In this document: positions 5,996 through 15,641 of the stretch, piece by piece
How the letters are laid out: every line of letters starts with the position of its first letter
Numbering within the stretch: position 1 is the stretch's first letter
Assembly (NCBI GenBank): GCA_046536775.1
Contig: JAWDMD010000004.1
Span: 1 to 26,058, forward strand
DNA from: Candidatus Nanopusillus sp.
GTDB lineage: Archaea > Nanobdellota > Nanobdellia > Nanobdellales > Nanobdellaceae
Length of the DNA stretch: 26,058 nucleotides
Reading direction: 5' to 3'
Translations under genes and position numbers: made by a program
Notes under the pieces: generated by a model
Database searches by the model: none
What the model was told of the DNA's origin: nothing
The model's input: only the letters and a program-made list of their open reading frames with translations

Positions 5996-6832
5996 ATGGA
6001 TGAAATTATTGAAGAATATAAAGTATGGTTAGAAATTCAAGGAAAATCCAAGAATACAATAAAAACATATTCTAGTACAGTAAAGAAATTTTTAGAATTT
6101 CTAATAAATAATGGAATAATTATTACAGATACAAAATCTATTAATAGTTCATTAGATAAGAATCTGATTCTAAAATTTTTGGCTGAATTAAAGGTTAAGA
6201 AAAAATTAGATTCAAATTCATTAAGATTATATGTTAGATCCATATCTTCATTTCTAAAATTTTTAGATAATGAAAATTTAGCAAAGCAAATAAAAGCTCC
6301 AAAAGTAGATAAAAGATTGCCAAAATTTATTACATATGATGAATTAAACAAGTTGTTAGAAAACGCTGAAAATTATAGAGATAAACTAATTATTAAATTC
6401 TTATTTTATACCGGAGTAAGAGTCTCTGAATTAACGAAAATAAAAAAGAATGATATAATTTTTGAAGAAGGTTTTGTAAAAGTATATGGAAAAGGTGGAA
6501 AAGAAAGAATAGTACCTGTACCAAAGGATTTGTTAAATGAATTAAAGGATTACGTAAATAAAATAAATACCGAAAATGTATTTCCACTATCATCAAGACA
6601 GGCAGAAAGAATTATAAAGAATATTGCAAAAAAAGCGGGAATAAGTAAAAAAGTAACTCCACATGTACTGAGGCATTCTCTTGCAACAACATTATTATCA
6701 AGAGGTGTTGATATAAGATATATACAAGAAATACTTGGACATAGTTCGTTAAATATTACACAAATATATACACATGTTGTTCCAAATCAACTAAAAGAAA
6801 TATATAATAGAGTTTTTGAAAGCCTAGCTTAA
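5996..6832 (+). CDS. xerA: tyrosine recombinase, XerA/XerC/XerD family
   Basis: 278 aa with an N-terminal SAM-like core-binding domain. The catalytic signature is present: YTGVRVSEL (Arg), GKGGKERIVP (Lys), HVLRHSLAT (His-x-x-Arg), LGHSSLNITQIYTHV (His, Tyr nucleophile). Confidence 0.85.
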   Translation: MDEIIEEYKVWLEIQGKSKNTIKTYSSTVKKFLEFLINNGIIITDTKSINSSLDKNLILKFLAELKVKKKLDSNSLRLYVRSISSFLKFLDNENLAKQIKAPKVDKRLPKFITYDELNKLLENAENYRDKLIIKFLFYTGVRVSELTKIKKNDIIFEEGFVKVYGKGGKERIVPVPKDLLNELKDYVNKINTENVFPLSSRQAERIIKNIAKKAGISKKVTPHVLRHSLATTLLSRGVDIRYIQEILGHSSLNITQIYTHVVPNQLKEIYNRVFESLA

Positions 6833-7717
6833 AATCGTTTTTATTTCGAAGTAATATATTACAATTACTACTATTGTTATTATAATTGATATTATAAATT
6901 CTGCAGATAATAATGGCAAGCTTTGAGATAATAATGAATTTATATTGATTGTTCTAAATATATATGGAAATAACACTGTTGCTAATATAATTGCATTTAA
7001 ATAATGAGAAATAATGAATAATGTTCTTTGTACAATATCTTTTAAATTCATAGATGTTAATATTAATAATATTATTAACGGAACAAAGAATAGATAATGT
7101 ATTGTATTTGTATATAGATATATATCTAATAATACTAGCAAATATCCTATTAATCCATATATTTTAAACTTCTTTACATTAAATATATATCCAAGAATAC
7201 CTAAAACAAATAATATTGTTGATAACAATAATAATAATGTAAAATAATTAAATATAATAAAAAGTCCCCAAAAAATATTTCCATTTAAAATTTTAATACC
7301 ATAACCTGTAATCGCTGCAGATAATATAGAAACTAATAATATTGCCATTGTTAAAGTTCCAAATAAATATATTAATATATCTCTTTTACTATATTCCTTA
7401 TTTATGCTTTTTCCTTCAAAAAATCCTATTCCAATGTTTCTAAATATGAATAAGAATAGTATAATAAATATTAGTGGATAAAATGAATATGCAACAGGAA
7501 CTAATAATGATGGTAATAAAGCTTCATATTGTACTAAAAAGAACGCAATCGATGTACCGGTTATTTCCCACATTGATAAAAATAAATTTTCATATTTTTC
7601 ATATACATCTTTATTTATAAAGAAAGATAATGCCAAAGCTATTTCTATTCCTATCAATAATAAAATTGTTGCTGCAATTAAAAATATATATGTATAAAAG
7701 TAAAATGAATAGTTCAT
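6824..7717 (-). CDS. cydB: cytochrome bd-type oxidase subunit II (divergent)
   Basis: 297-aa polytopic membrane protein. Its start overlaps the cydA stop by 4 nt (ATGA). It has a W-E-x-x-G-T segment near the position of the CydB N-E-x-W motif. The call rests mainly on position and topology. Confidence 0.6.
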   Translation of the reverse strand: MNYSFYFYTYIFLIAATILLLIGIEIALALSFFINKDVYEKYENLFLSMWEITGTSIAFFLVQYEALLPSLLVPVAYSFYPLIFIILFLFIFRNIGIGFFEGKSINKEYSKRDILIYLFGTLTMAILLVSILSAAITGYGIKILNGNIFWGLFIIFNYFTLLLLLSTILFVLGILGYIFNVKKFKIYGLIGYLLVLLDIYLYTNTIHYLFFVPLIILLILTSMNLKDIVQRTLFIISHYLNAIILATVLFPYIFRTININSLLSQSLPLLSAEFIISIIITIVVIVIYYFEIKTILS

Positions 7718-9078
7718 CCTAATTTATTAACAAAATATCTTTTTATAGCCCATATAGATAAAACAAATAATGTTATATATATTAATTCAAAGGTTATTGC
7801 AATGGAAATAACTCCAGGATTTAAATTTGCAGCATCCTTTGTTAATAATATTCCATATATTGTCCAAGGTTGTCTACCAACTTCTGCAGCAATCCATCCA
7901 GTTTCTAAAGAAATCAAAGATAATACTGATAATAATATTAATCCATATAATAATAATTTATTCATATAAAATGTATATTTTGGATTTAAAGTAAATTTTT
8001 TATCTTTTTTATCTTCTTTTGAAATTATTAAAGAAATTAATCCATACAATGATATAAAGAATATTAAGAATCCAAATGTTGCCATTATATCGAAAGAATT
8101 ATGCGCTATAGTAATATCTTTTGGTGAAGGTATATATGACTCATTTGTATATATCCCAGGAACAACTGTATTTGGATTAGCACTTTCATATAATAATAAA
8201 CTTTGCAAATTTGGAATTTGTATTGAATCAATTAATGTATAATTGTTTGTAACAATTCCAAATAAATTTTCAGGTGCATTAGAAATGTTTCCATTTAAAT
8301 TAGCCTCTAATGTTGCATACTTAATTGGTTGATATTTTGCTAATATATCTGCTGAATTTATTCCAAATATTCCTAAGAAAAATATTGATAAAAATAATAT
8401 AGGAATTGTTAATTTCAAGGCTTTCCCATATATTTTTATATTTTTAATATCCTTTTCTTTCAATATTTTATAAGAAATAATCAATACAAACAGTGATAAA
8501 CCAAATTCTAATGATGATAAAACTCCATGAGATACTTCAATAAATTGTATTGGAGTAAAGAATATAGAATATGGATTTGTATCAATATACTGACCATCCA
8601 AATATTCAATTCCTACAGGATAATTCATAAAAGAATTTAATGTTATTATTAAAAGACCAGATGTTGCTGCAAATATTCCAATTAAATACATAAATATAGG
8701 ATGTAATACTGAATTATTATATTTTTTAAATGAATAGAAATATATACCTACAAATAAAGATTCCATAAAGAATGCTAAAACCTCTATATATAATGATATA
8801 ATTGCTGTATTACTCACTATTTGCATAAATTTTGGGAATAATATATACATTTCAACAGCGACAATTGTACCTGATAATGTTCCAATTGCAAATAAAACTA
8901 ATATTAATGTTGATATTCTTTGAGCTAAAATTTTTATACTTTCATCCTTCTTTAATATTCCATATAATTCTAATGTTCCAATTGAAAAGGGCATTCCAAT
9001 GGTAATTGATGCTATTATAATATGTATAACAAGAGAAGATGCAAAAACAATCCTATCAATATCATATACAGGTAACAT
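7714..9078 (-). CDS. cydA: cytochrome bd-type quinol oxidase subunit I
   Basis: 454 aa. [23 protein letters not shown] aligns by eye with E. coli CydA [37 protein letters not shown] aligns with [31 protein letters not shown] aligns with GWFVAEYGRQPWAIG. Confidence 0.88.
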   Translation of the reverse strand: [454 protein letters not shown]

Positions 9079-9116
9079 AAAAATATTTATGGGTTTATAT
9101 ATTTTAAAAAAATTAT

Positions 9117-9602
9117 TTAAAAGATAAATATAGCAGCGGATACAACAGTTGTATAATTACTTACAGCAGCTTTTTTAAATATCTCAAATTCCTTATCTAT
9201 TTCTATATTATACATTGATTGTAGCATATTTTTTGCCATATTTTTTGCATGTCCCTCTTCCTTTCCAGTATAGTATCCATGATATTCTGTAAAATATCCA
9301 TTATATTTTTTATCCTTAGGTAATGCTACTCCAACTGATGAAAATATTTCCTTATCTTTTTCATTTGACGTAAATCTTGCTAGAACACAAAATACAACCT
9401 GACCTGCTTTTAAATACTTTAATCCCTCATCTACATCTATAATTTTTACTTTTGGTGGTGCTATGCTAGATACTGGAACTAGATTAAACCTCTCTATTTT
9501 CGCATCTCTCAGTGCATATTCAAAACTTAATAGCGAATCGTCTGCTACACCTATACCAGAAGTAAAGAAAACTTTTTTTGGCACCAGACTCCGCGGGTTC
9601 AT
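9117..9602 (-). CDS. pdaD: pyruvoyl-dependent arginine decarboxylase
   Basis: 161 aa. FFTSGIGVADDSLLSFEYALRDAKIERFNLVPVSSIAPP carries the PdaD self-cleavage Ser-Ser context. Length is typical of the family. Confidence 0.88.
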   Translation of the reverse strand: MNPRSLVPKKVFFTSGIGVADDSLLSFEYALRDAKIERFNLVPVSSIAPPKVKIIDVDEGLKYLKAGQVVFCVLARFTSNEKDKEIFSSVGVALPKDKKYNGYFTEYHGYYTGKEEGHAKNMAKNMLQSMYNIEIDKEFEIFKKAAVSNYTTVVSAAIFIF

Positions 9603-9633
9603 AAAATAAAAAATTACTTTTATGATTTATAAA

Positions 9634-10239
9634 TTATCTAGAGGATGAAGCCAACCTTTCTAACTCTAATTTCTTCTGTATTGCAAATGACTCTACAGAA
9701 TTCCTATAAGCATTTATTATTTCTTTTGCCAATGCACTTGCCATATCTTTTTTATTTCTAGAACCATGATATGATCCCCAAACAATATACCTTATAGCTA
9801 GATCAATTCTTCTTAAAGGTGAAATATCTACTGCCTTTGGATATCTTGCACCACCCATTTCTATATTTGTTATTTCTTCTCTTGGAGCAGCATTTTCTAT
9901 AGCTTTTGTCAATACTTTTATTGGATTTTGTTTTGTTTCCTTTTCAATTATTTCAAATACTTTTATCAATATTTTTAATACTTTATGATATTCTCCAGAA
10001 GCATAATATGATGTAAACTTATGTTTTCCTCCATAATGACCTGGTGTCATTAATCTACCAATTAATCTCTCTATAATCGGCATGTTTTTTCTCCCAAATC
10101 TTCTATTCTGATATCTACCATTTGTCTTTGGAACAACATATGGCTTTAAATTCATAAATGCTCTTAAGGTTTCATCTTCTACATCTATTTCATATTTCCA
10201 TCTTCCTAGAAATTTCAAATCATTAATACTATTTACCAT
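9634..10239 (-). CDS. rps7: 30S ribosomal protein S7 (uS7)
   Basis: 201 aa. Contains ...IENAAPREEITNIEMGGARYPKAVDISPLRRIDLAIRYI... and ends ...ERLASSSR, both typical of archaeal uS7. Confidence 0.9.
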   Translation of the reverse strand: MVNSINDLKFLGRWKYEIDVEDETLRAFMNLKPYVVPKTNGRYQNRRFGRKNMPIIERLIGRLMTPGHYGGKHKFTSYYASGEYHKVLKILIKVFEIIEKETKQNPIKVLTKAIENAAPREEITNIEMGGARYPKAVDISPLRRIDLAIRYIVWGSYHGSRNKKDMASALAKEIINAYRNSVESFAIQKKLELERLASSSR

Positions 10240-10270
10240 TAAAAATAATATTAAAGAATAAATTAAAAAA

Positions 10271-11086
10271 TTATTCTGATTCTCTTATTGCCTTAACTAA
10301 TACAGGTATTAGTGTTAGTACAAATAAGATTACAAAACCCCATGCAAATATGCTCTCTACACTTGCTGAAATATTTGAATATCCAACAGTCAATACTGAC
10401 AATGATGATATAACGAATATTGAATATATAAATATTTGAATAAATGGTTTTACGTTTTTATAATATGAATTTTCGCTTATATGTTCTGTTATATACTTCA
10501 TAACAATTAATCCAATTGACAATATTACAAATACACCTATTATATTATCAAATAATGTATATTGGAATCCTAACAAGTTTAGAGAATAATATGTTATTAT
10601 CCATACAAATCCTAGAAATAGTAATAGTTTCAATAATTCCGCTATATATTCATTATATCCTTCAATTAGTATATATAGATATGATGTAAAGAATATGGAG
10701 AATATTACACCAGCTGCTATTATTAATACAGCTATTGATATTAATAATAATGTTGAAGAAACTGTCATTGTCAATTGTAATATATTGGATATATAATAAT
10801 ACTGAGTTGTTGTTAATACATTTGGCATAAATGATAATACACTGTTAAATACCAATATTCCCAATACTATTCCAACTAAATATGATAATAACGTTGCTAC
10901 ATTTATTTCTGGCATTTTACTAAATGTTGATTTTAATTTTTCGTATACAATCTCTATCTTTATATATTTTGCGAATAGCCAGCTCAATATCTTATATACT
11001 ATCCATCCAACAAAATAGCCTATTATACCACCCAATACTAGAAAACCAATAAAATAACCTATAGACATCAATAAGTCATATACCAT
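10271..11086 (-). CDS. polytopic membrane protein of unknown function (inserted between S12 and S7)
   Basis: 271 aa with roughly 7-8 hydrophobic segments and no motif I recognise. It has its own 114-nt upstream spacer containing A/T boxes. Confidence 0.55.
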   Translation of the reverse strand: MVYDLLMSIGYFIGFLVLGGIIGYFVGWIVYKILSWLFAKYIKIEIVYEKLKSTFSKMPEINVATLLSYLVGIVLGILVFNSVLSFMPNVLTTTQYYYISNILQLTMTVSSTLLLISIAVLIIAAGVIFSIFFTSYLYILIEGYNEYIAELLKLLLFLGFVWIITYYSLNLLGFQYTLFDNIIGVFVILSIGLIVMKYITEHISENSYYKNVKPFIQIFIYSIFVISSLSVLTVGYSNISASVESIFAWGFVILFVLTLIPVLVKAIRESE

Positions 11087-11200
11087 TTATCTTTTATGCA
11101 ATAAAATTATATAAATTTTGTTTTTGTTATTAGAAAATAACGACTATTTTTACCTATTTTCTATAATAAAATTACATATAGAAAATTATTCAAATAAAAA

Positions 11201-11629
11201 CTATCTTCTAGCTTTCTCTATCTTACCTCTTCTTAATAATTCCAAAGGTTGTCCATTTACTAAAATTACTTTATATCTTACTCCAGGTATTGAACCTATA
11301 GTTCTTCCCTTTGGTCCACCTATTCCAACTATTAATACATCATCATGCTCATCAACATATTTTATTGACTTATCACCTGGAGCAAAGGCTGTAACAATTT
11401 TCCCATTTTTCTTTAGCTGCACTTTTACACATTTTATCATTCCAGAATATGGCTGTCTTTTTTCAATCTGTACCTTTTCTAATACAATTCCTGATGCCAT
11501 TGGACTTCCTTCCAAAGGATCATATTTTTCCTTTAGTTTCAATATTCTCCTTTTCCATTCCTTCTTACTCCATCTAAATTTTTTTCTATTTTCAATTAAT
11601 TTCTTAGCAGCAAATAATCCATTAGCCAT
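11201..11629 (-). CDS. rps12: 30S ribosomal protein S12 (uS12)
   Basis: 142 aa. Contains ...[49 protein letters not shown]...IPGVRYKV..., the characteristic archaeal uS12 sequence. Confidence 0.93.
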   Translation of the reverse strand: MANGLFAAKKLIENRKKFRWSKKEWKRRILKLKEKYDPLEGSPMASGIVLEKVQIEKRQPYSGMIKCVKVQLKKNGKIVTAFAPGDKSIKYVDEHDDVLIVGIGGPKGRTIGSIPGVRYKVILVNGQPLELLRRGKIEKARR

Positions 11630-11894
11630 TCTTTAATATAGATATAACAGAAATTTTAAATGGCTTTTTCAATAACAAACCCACTTCCTCATTTGAATAA
11701 TTCAATACTTCTACTTCAAAATTTTCCAACTTTTGATAGTACTCTACATCCTTTTTTATATTTTCAGGGATATTTTTTGCTAAAAATATTTTTTCTACCT
11801 TTCCTCTCTTAATCATTTTCAAAGTTCTATTATATCCAATAATTACATTTTTCTCATCAACGATCTTCTTTCTTAAATCATCAAACGTTACCAT
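11622..11894 (-). CDS. rpl30e: 50S ribosomal protein L30e
   Basis: 90 aa. Sits after rpoA'' and has the pattern ...[24 protein letters not shown]...VEYY...[17 protein letters not shown], typical of eL30. Confidence 0.82.
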   Translation of the reverse strand: MVTFDDLRKKIVDEKNVIIGYNRTLKMIKRGKVEKIFLAKNIPENIKKDVEYYQKLENFEVEVLNYSNEEVGLLLKKPFKISVISILKNG

Positions 11895-11920
11895 AAAATC
11901 TATCTATATAAAAAATATTT

Positions 11921-13015
11921 TTATTCCTTATCTTCCTTTTTATTTCCTACAAAATATATATCATATAAACCTGTACCTAAGTATATTGGTTGGTTCATTA
12001 TAACATTATCTATTCCACCTAATACTTTATCAGACTGTCCCATCATTGAAGATCTAACAAATATAGAAATTGGGGTTTCAAATGCCGCTTTTGATAACGT
12101 AGATTCTTTTTCTGCATGTAATCCATATCTATTTATACCTAAATATATTCCATACCATGTCAACATATCTGCTACTAACATAAAATGTCTTACATTTACA
12201 CTAAGACCCTGATCTTCATATAATTTAACTAATTCCTGCAATATTGCAGCTCTGGTAGCTTCTATTCCAAATACTTTTTCTATTTCTCTTAGATCATTTG
12301 TATATAATTTTGTATAATCTACTTCTGGTATTTTCATAATTTCCAATAAATTAGACCCAACAGTATATATTACATATTCATTATCTTCTTTATTTATAGT
12401 TACATCTTTGATTCCTTTTATTCCTTTTATTAGTATTTTCTTTATCGTTTCTTTAAGCAAATATAACTCTCTTGCAGATAATTTTGGAGCAATTATATAT
12501 ATATTCTGTTTATCATTCTCAACCTTGTATTTCTTTATTTTCTTTTTTAATATTCTAAATATTTCATCAAATGTTAATTCTTCTTCTTTCAATTTCTCTT
12601 TATCCAAACTAATTATTATCTTATTTTCAAATACATCCAATGTTATTGATAATAATAAATCTTCCAATAATAATTCCTTTATCCTTTTTGCAATACTTTG
12701 AACTACATTTATATCATTTTTATACTCATCCAACAACCTTATTATCATATATTTTCTTTTCAATTTCTTTTTTGCATCGGTTATTTCTGTAATTCTAGGT
12801 AAACCCAAAGAAACTTGTTGAGCAGATATACCTACAAAGTGGAATGATTTTAATATCATTTGTGTAGTTGGTTCTGCAATTGATTGTGCAGCAACTATAC
12901 CAGTAGGCTCACCTGGATCTATTATAAATTTATATGAAAAATCTTCTACAATTTTTCTTAATTTTTCATCTTCTATTTTTTCTAGATCTTTTTTTATCTT
13001 TTCCGGTAGTTCCAT
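11921..13015 (-). CDS. rpoA2: DNA-directed RNA polymerase subunit A''
   Basis: 364 aa. GEPTGIVAAQSIAEPTTQMILKSFHFVGISAQQVSLGLPRITEI is the trigger-loop region conserved in Rpb1/A''. The start overlaps the A' tail by 50 nt. Confidence 0.93.
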   Translation of the reverse strand: MELPEKIKKDLEKIEDEKLRKIVEDFSYKFIIDPGEPTGIVAAQSIAEPTTQMILKSFHFVGISAQQVSLGLPRITEITDAKKKLKRKYMIIRLLDEYKNDINVVQSIAKRIKELLLEDLLLSITLDVFENKIIISLDKEKLKEEELTFDEIFRILKKKIKKYKVENDKQNIYIIAPKLSARELYLLKETIKKILIKGIKGIKDVTINKEDNEYVIYTVGSNLLEIMKIPEVDYTKLYTNDLREIEKVFGIEATRAAILQELVKLYEDQGLSVNVRHFMLVADMLTWYGIYLGINRYGLHAEKESTLSKAAFETPISIFVRSSMMGQSDKVLGGIDNVIMNQPIYLGTGLYDIYFVGNKKEDKE

Positions 13016-15641
13016 TTTTATTATTTTCTACATAAGGTTTTAAAATTTGGGCCAGTAAATTTACATCTAATTTTCCATTTATTGATTTATGTACTGCAAC
13101 ACCATCTCCGCCATAGACAAATTGTATAACCCTATTATAAGCATCTCTAACAGTTAAATCCTCACTTACATGAAGATCATATAAACTTAATACCAATCTC
13201 CTATAGAAATATCCAGATTGGGCAGTTCTTATTGCAGTATCCATTAAAGAGTCTCTGCCAGGTAATGCATGGAAGAACATTTCCCATGGTTTTAATCCAT
13301 CTCTATAAGAACTTATTACCCAACCATGATATTTTGGATGATATATATTTCTTTCAAATATTGATAAATTCCTTCCTTTATAACCGAAATTTATAAACTT
13401 CCCTCTAAATGCTTGAAATCCCAATGATCCAACCATCCTAACAGCATTTTGCCAATCACCTCTTGCACCAGTTACAGACATGATATATGTACCTGTATCT
13501 TTTTTCATATATCTTCTAAGAACATCTTGTATTTTTGTAACACTATCCGATGCTGTCTGTATAGACCTTAACTCATATGTTTCCTGTAAACTTCTACCAG
13601 CAATTCTTTCAAGAGTTCCTTCAGTATATTGTTTATATAAATCATCTATTGTTTTTTGTGTATCATTTATTATCTTTTTTATTTCCTCTTTTGCCTCTTC
13701 TGGTAAATCAAAATCGGAAATAGACATTGAAATTCCCAAATTATATTGATAGTATATTCCTAATAAGCTATATTTTTGTAATAAATCTGTTATATATTCT
13801 TTTCCGTATAATTTATATAATACAACAAATAATCTACCCTTCTCCGCCTTTATTAAACTTGAATCTAGATGTCCCCTAACTATCATTCCATTTTCTATCT
13901 TTATTTTATCATTTTCAAAATTAAAGTCATCTGGTAAAAATATTGAAGCAATTTCTTTTCCAGTTAAATAATCTCTACCTTCTTCTTTTGCTTTTTTAAT
14001 AATATTAGACAATCTATCTAAATCCTTATCATTAGCATTTGACATATATACTAACTGTCCAGCTTGATTAATTGGTATTTTTACATCATCTTGTGTTATT
14101 AAATACAATCCTGTTATCATTTCTTGAATCATACCAACAATAAAGTCTCCATACCTTGGAGTAATATAATTATTTGATATTTCTGTTAAAAGTTCCGTTT
14201 CTGCTCTTGCTTCTTCACTTCTTGGCAAGAATATATTCATTTCATCTCCATCAAAATCTGCATTATATGGTCTACATATTATTGGATTTATTCCAAAAGT
14301 ATCTACAGGAAGTACTTTAACATAATGCCCCATCATTGATAATCTATGTAAAGAAGGATATCTCAACAATAATACAATGTCCCCATTCATTAAATGTCTT
14401 TCAACAACCCATCCTGGTGCAATCATTGAAGCGAGTGTTTCCTTATTTTCTTCAGTAATTACTCTTTTTCTTCCATCTGGCGATATTACATAGTTTGCAC
14501 CTGGATATTTTTCGGGTCCATTCAATATATACTCTTTCATTTTTTCAATATTCCATTCAGTAACCCTTTCGGGAACTGTTAATGTTTTTGCAACATATAG
14601 TGGTATTCCAACCTCATTTGGTTTTATCTTCGTATCTGGAGTAATAACTGCCCTTGAACTATAATTTATCCTTTTTCCAAGCAAATATCTTCTAATTATA
14701 CCTTCCTTTCCAGAAACTCTTTCAACTAATGATTTTAGTGGTTTTCCCCATCTATGCTGAGCCTTCGGGACATTTGGTAAAGTATTGTTAAAATATGTAA
14801 ATATATGGTACTGTAATAAATTATATATATCATCTACAATAACTTGTGGGGCTCCCGTTGTTATATCTTCTTTTAATCTTTGATTTGTTCTTACAATATC
14901 GACTAATTTATGGGTTAAATCATCTTCTGCCCTCTCTCCATTTTCCAAAACTATAGAAGGTCTCATTGTTACTGGAGGTACAGGTAAAACTGTTAATATC
15001 ATCCATTCTGGTCTAGAAAATGATGGATCAAATCCAATTAATGGTAAATCTTCATTTGGTATTTTTTCAAATATTGATCTCATTTCAACAGGATACATTC
15101 TTCTTTCATTTTCCTTATCTTTAACATAAAAGTAAAATGGTTTCCTAAATTCAACTTTTGGATTTTCGTATCCACATATAGGACATTTTGATCTTCTTTT
15201 AGCTCTAGAATATACAAACTTAATTATAAATTTATATAATTTATTCCATCTTCTTGAATTTCTATACCTTTCTATTTTATTTGATATAAATTCCCTTTCC
15301 TCTTTTGTTAATTTTACATGACCGCAATTATGACAAACTGCATTTATTAATTCTTTAACAATTGGCAAAAATTCTGGATGTAATACTGGTCTTGCCAATT
15401 CTATATGACCAAAATGGCCCAAACATTTTCCTGCAGTTTTTCCACATGATTCACATACATAACTTGGATCTACCACCCCTAACCTTAAATCCATTAATCC
15501 ACCCCTTATTGGAGTTCCATCTTCATCATATAACTCTGATACAATTATTTTTGCTGCAGACATTTTTCTTATTGTATCTGGACCTAATAGAGAATATTGA
15601 ATTTCAGAAATTCTTTTGAAAAATATGTCGTTCATCATCAA
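12966..15641 (-). CDS. rpoA1: DNA-directed RNA polymerase subunit A'
   Basis: 891 aa. It has an N-terminal zinc motif (CESCGKTAGKCLGHFGHIELARPV) and the catalytic YNADFDGDEMN motif. The start overlaps the B' stop by 4 nt. Confidence 0.95.
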   Translation of the reverse strand: MMMNDIFFKRISEIQYSLLGPDTIRKMSAAKIIVSELYDEDGTPIRGGLMDLRLGVVDPSYVCESCGKTAGKCLGHFGHIELARPVLHPEFLPIVKELINAVCHNCGHVKLTKEEREFISNKIERYRNSRRWNKLYKFIIKFVYSRAKRRSKCPICGYENPKVEFRKPFYFYVKDKENERRMYPVEMRSIFEKIPNEDLPLIGFDPSFSRPEWMILTVLPVPPVTMRPSIVLENGERAEDDLTHKLVDIVRTNQRLKEDITTGAPQVIVDDIYNLLQYHIFTYFNNTLPNVPKAQHRWGKPLKSLVERVSGKEGIIRRYLLGKRINYSSRAVITPDTKIKPNEVGIPLYVAKTLTVPERVTEWNIEKMKEYILNGPEKYPGANYVISPDGRKRVITEENKETLASMIAPGWVVERHLMNGDIVLLLRYPSLHRLSMMGHYVKVLPVDTFGINPIICRPYNADFDGDEMNIFLPRSEEARAETELLTEISNNYITPRYGDFIVGMIQEMITGLYLITQDDVKIPINQAGQLVYMSNANDKDLDRLSNIIKKAKEEGRDYLTGKEIASIFLPDDFNFENDKIKIENGMIVRGHLDSSLIKAEKGRLFVVLYKLYGKEYITDLLQKYSLLGIYYQYNLGISMSISDFDLPEEAKEEIKKIINDTQKTIDDLYKQYTEGTLERIAGRSLQETYELRSIQTASDSVTKIQDVLRRYMKKDTGTYIMSVTGARGDWQNAVRMVGSLGFQAFRGKFINFGYKGRNLSIFERNIYHPKYHGWVISSYRDGLKPWEMFFHALPGRDSLMDTAIRTAQSGYFYRRLVLSLYDLHVSEDLTVRDAYNRVIQFVYGGDGVAVHKSINGKLDVNLLAQILKPYVENNKNGTTGKDKKRSRKNRR

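Noticed and set aside
2957-6596. Antisense ORFs 2957-3229, 4191-4502, 6037-6351 and 6393-6596
   Set aside because: Each lies opposite a recognisable gene (L11, P0, xerA). They have Phe/Ile/Leu/Ser-rich low-complexity products, which are typical of reverse-complement frames in AT-rich coding DNA.
5223-6832. Calling the NTase-recombinase region a mobile element or integrated provirus
   Set aside because: I could find no terminal direct or inverted repeats, no tRNA at the border and no other phage or plasmid genes. The recombinase looks like a housekeeping XerA. I report the region as a finding and make no mobile_element call.
6824-6832. 9-nt convergent overlap of the xerA and cydB 3' ends as a regulatory feature
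   Set aside because: It is probably just genome compaction. Similar overlaps occur at ftsZ/spt5, and there is no additional structure.
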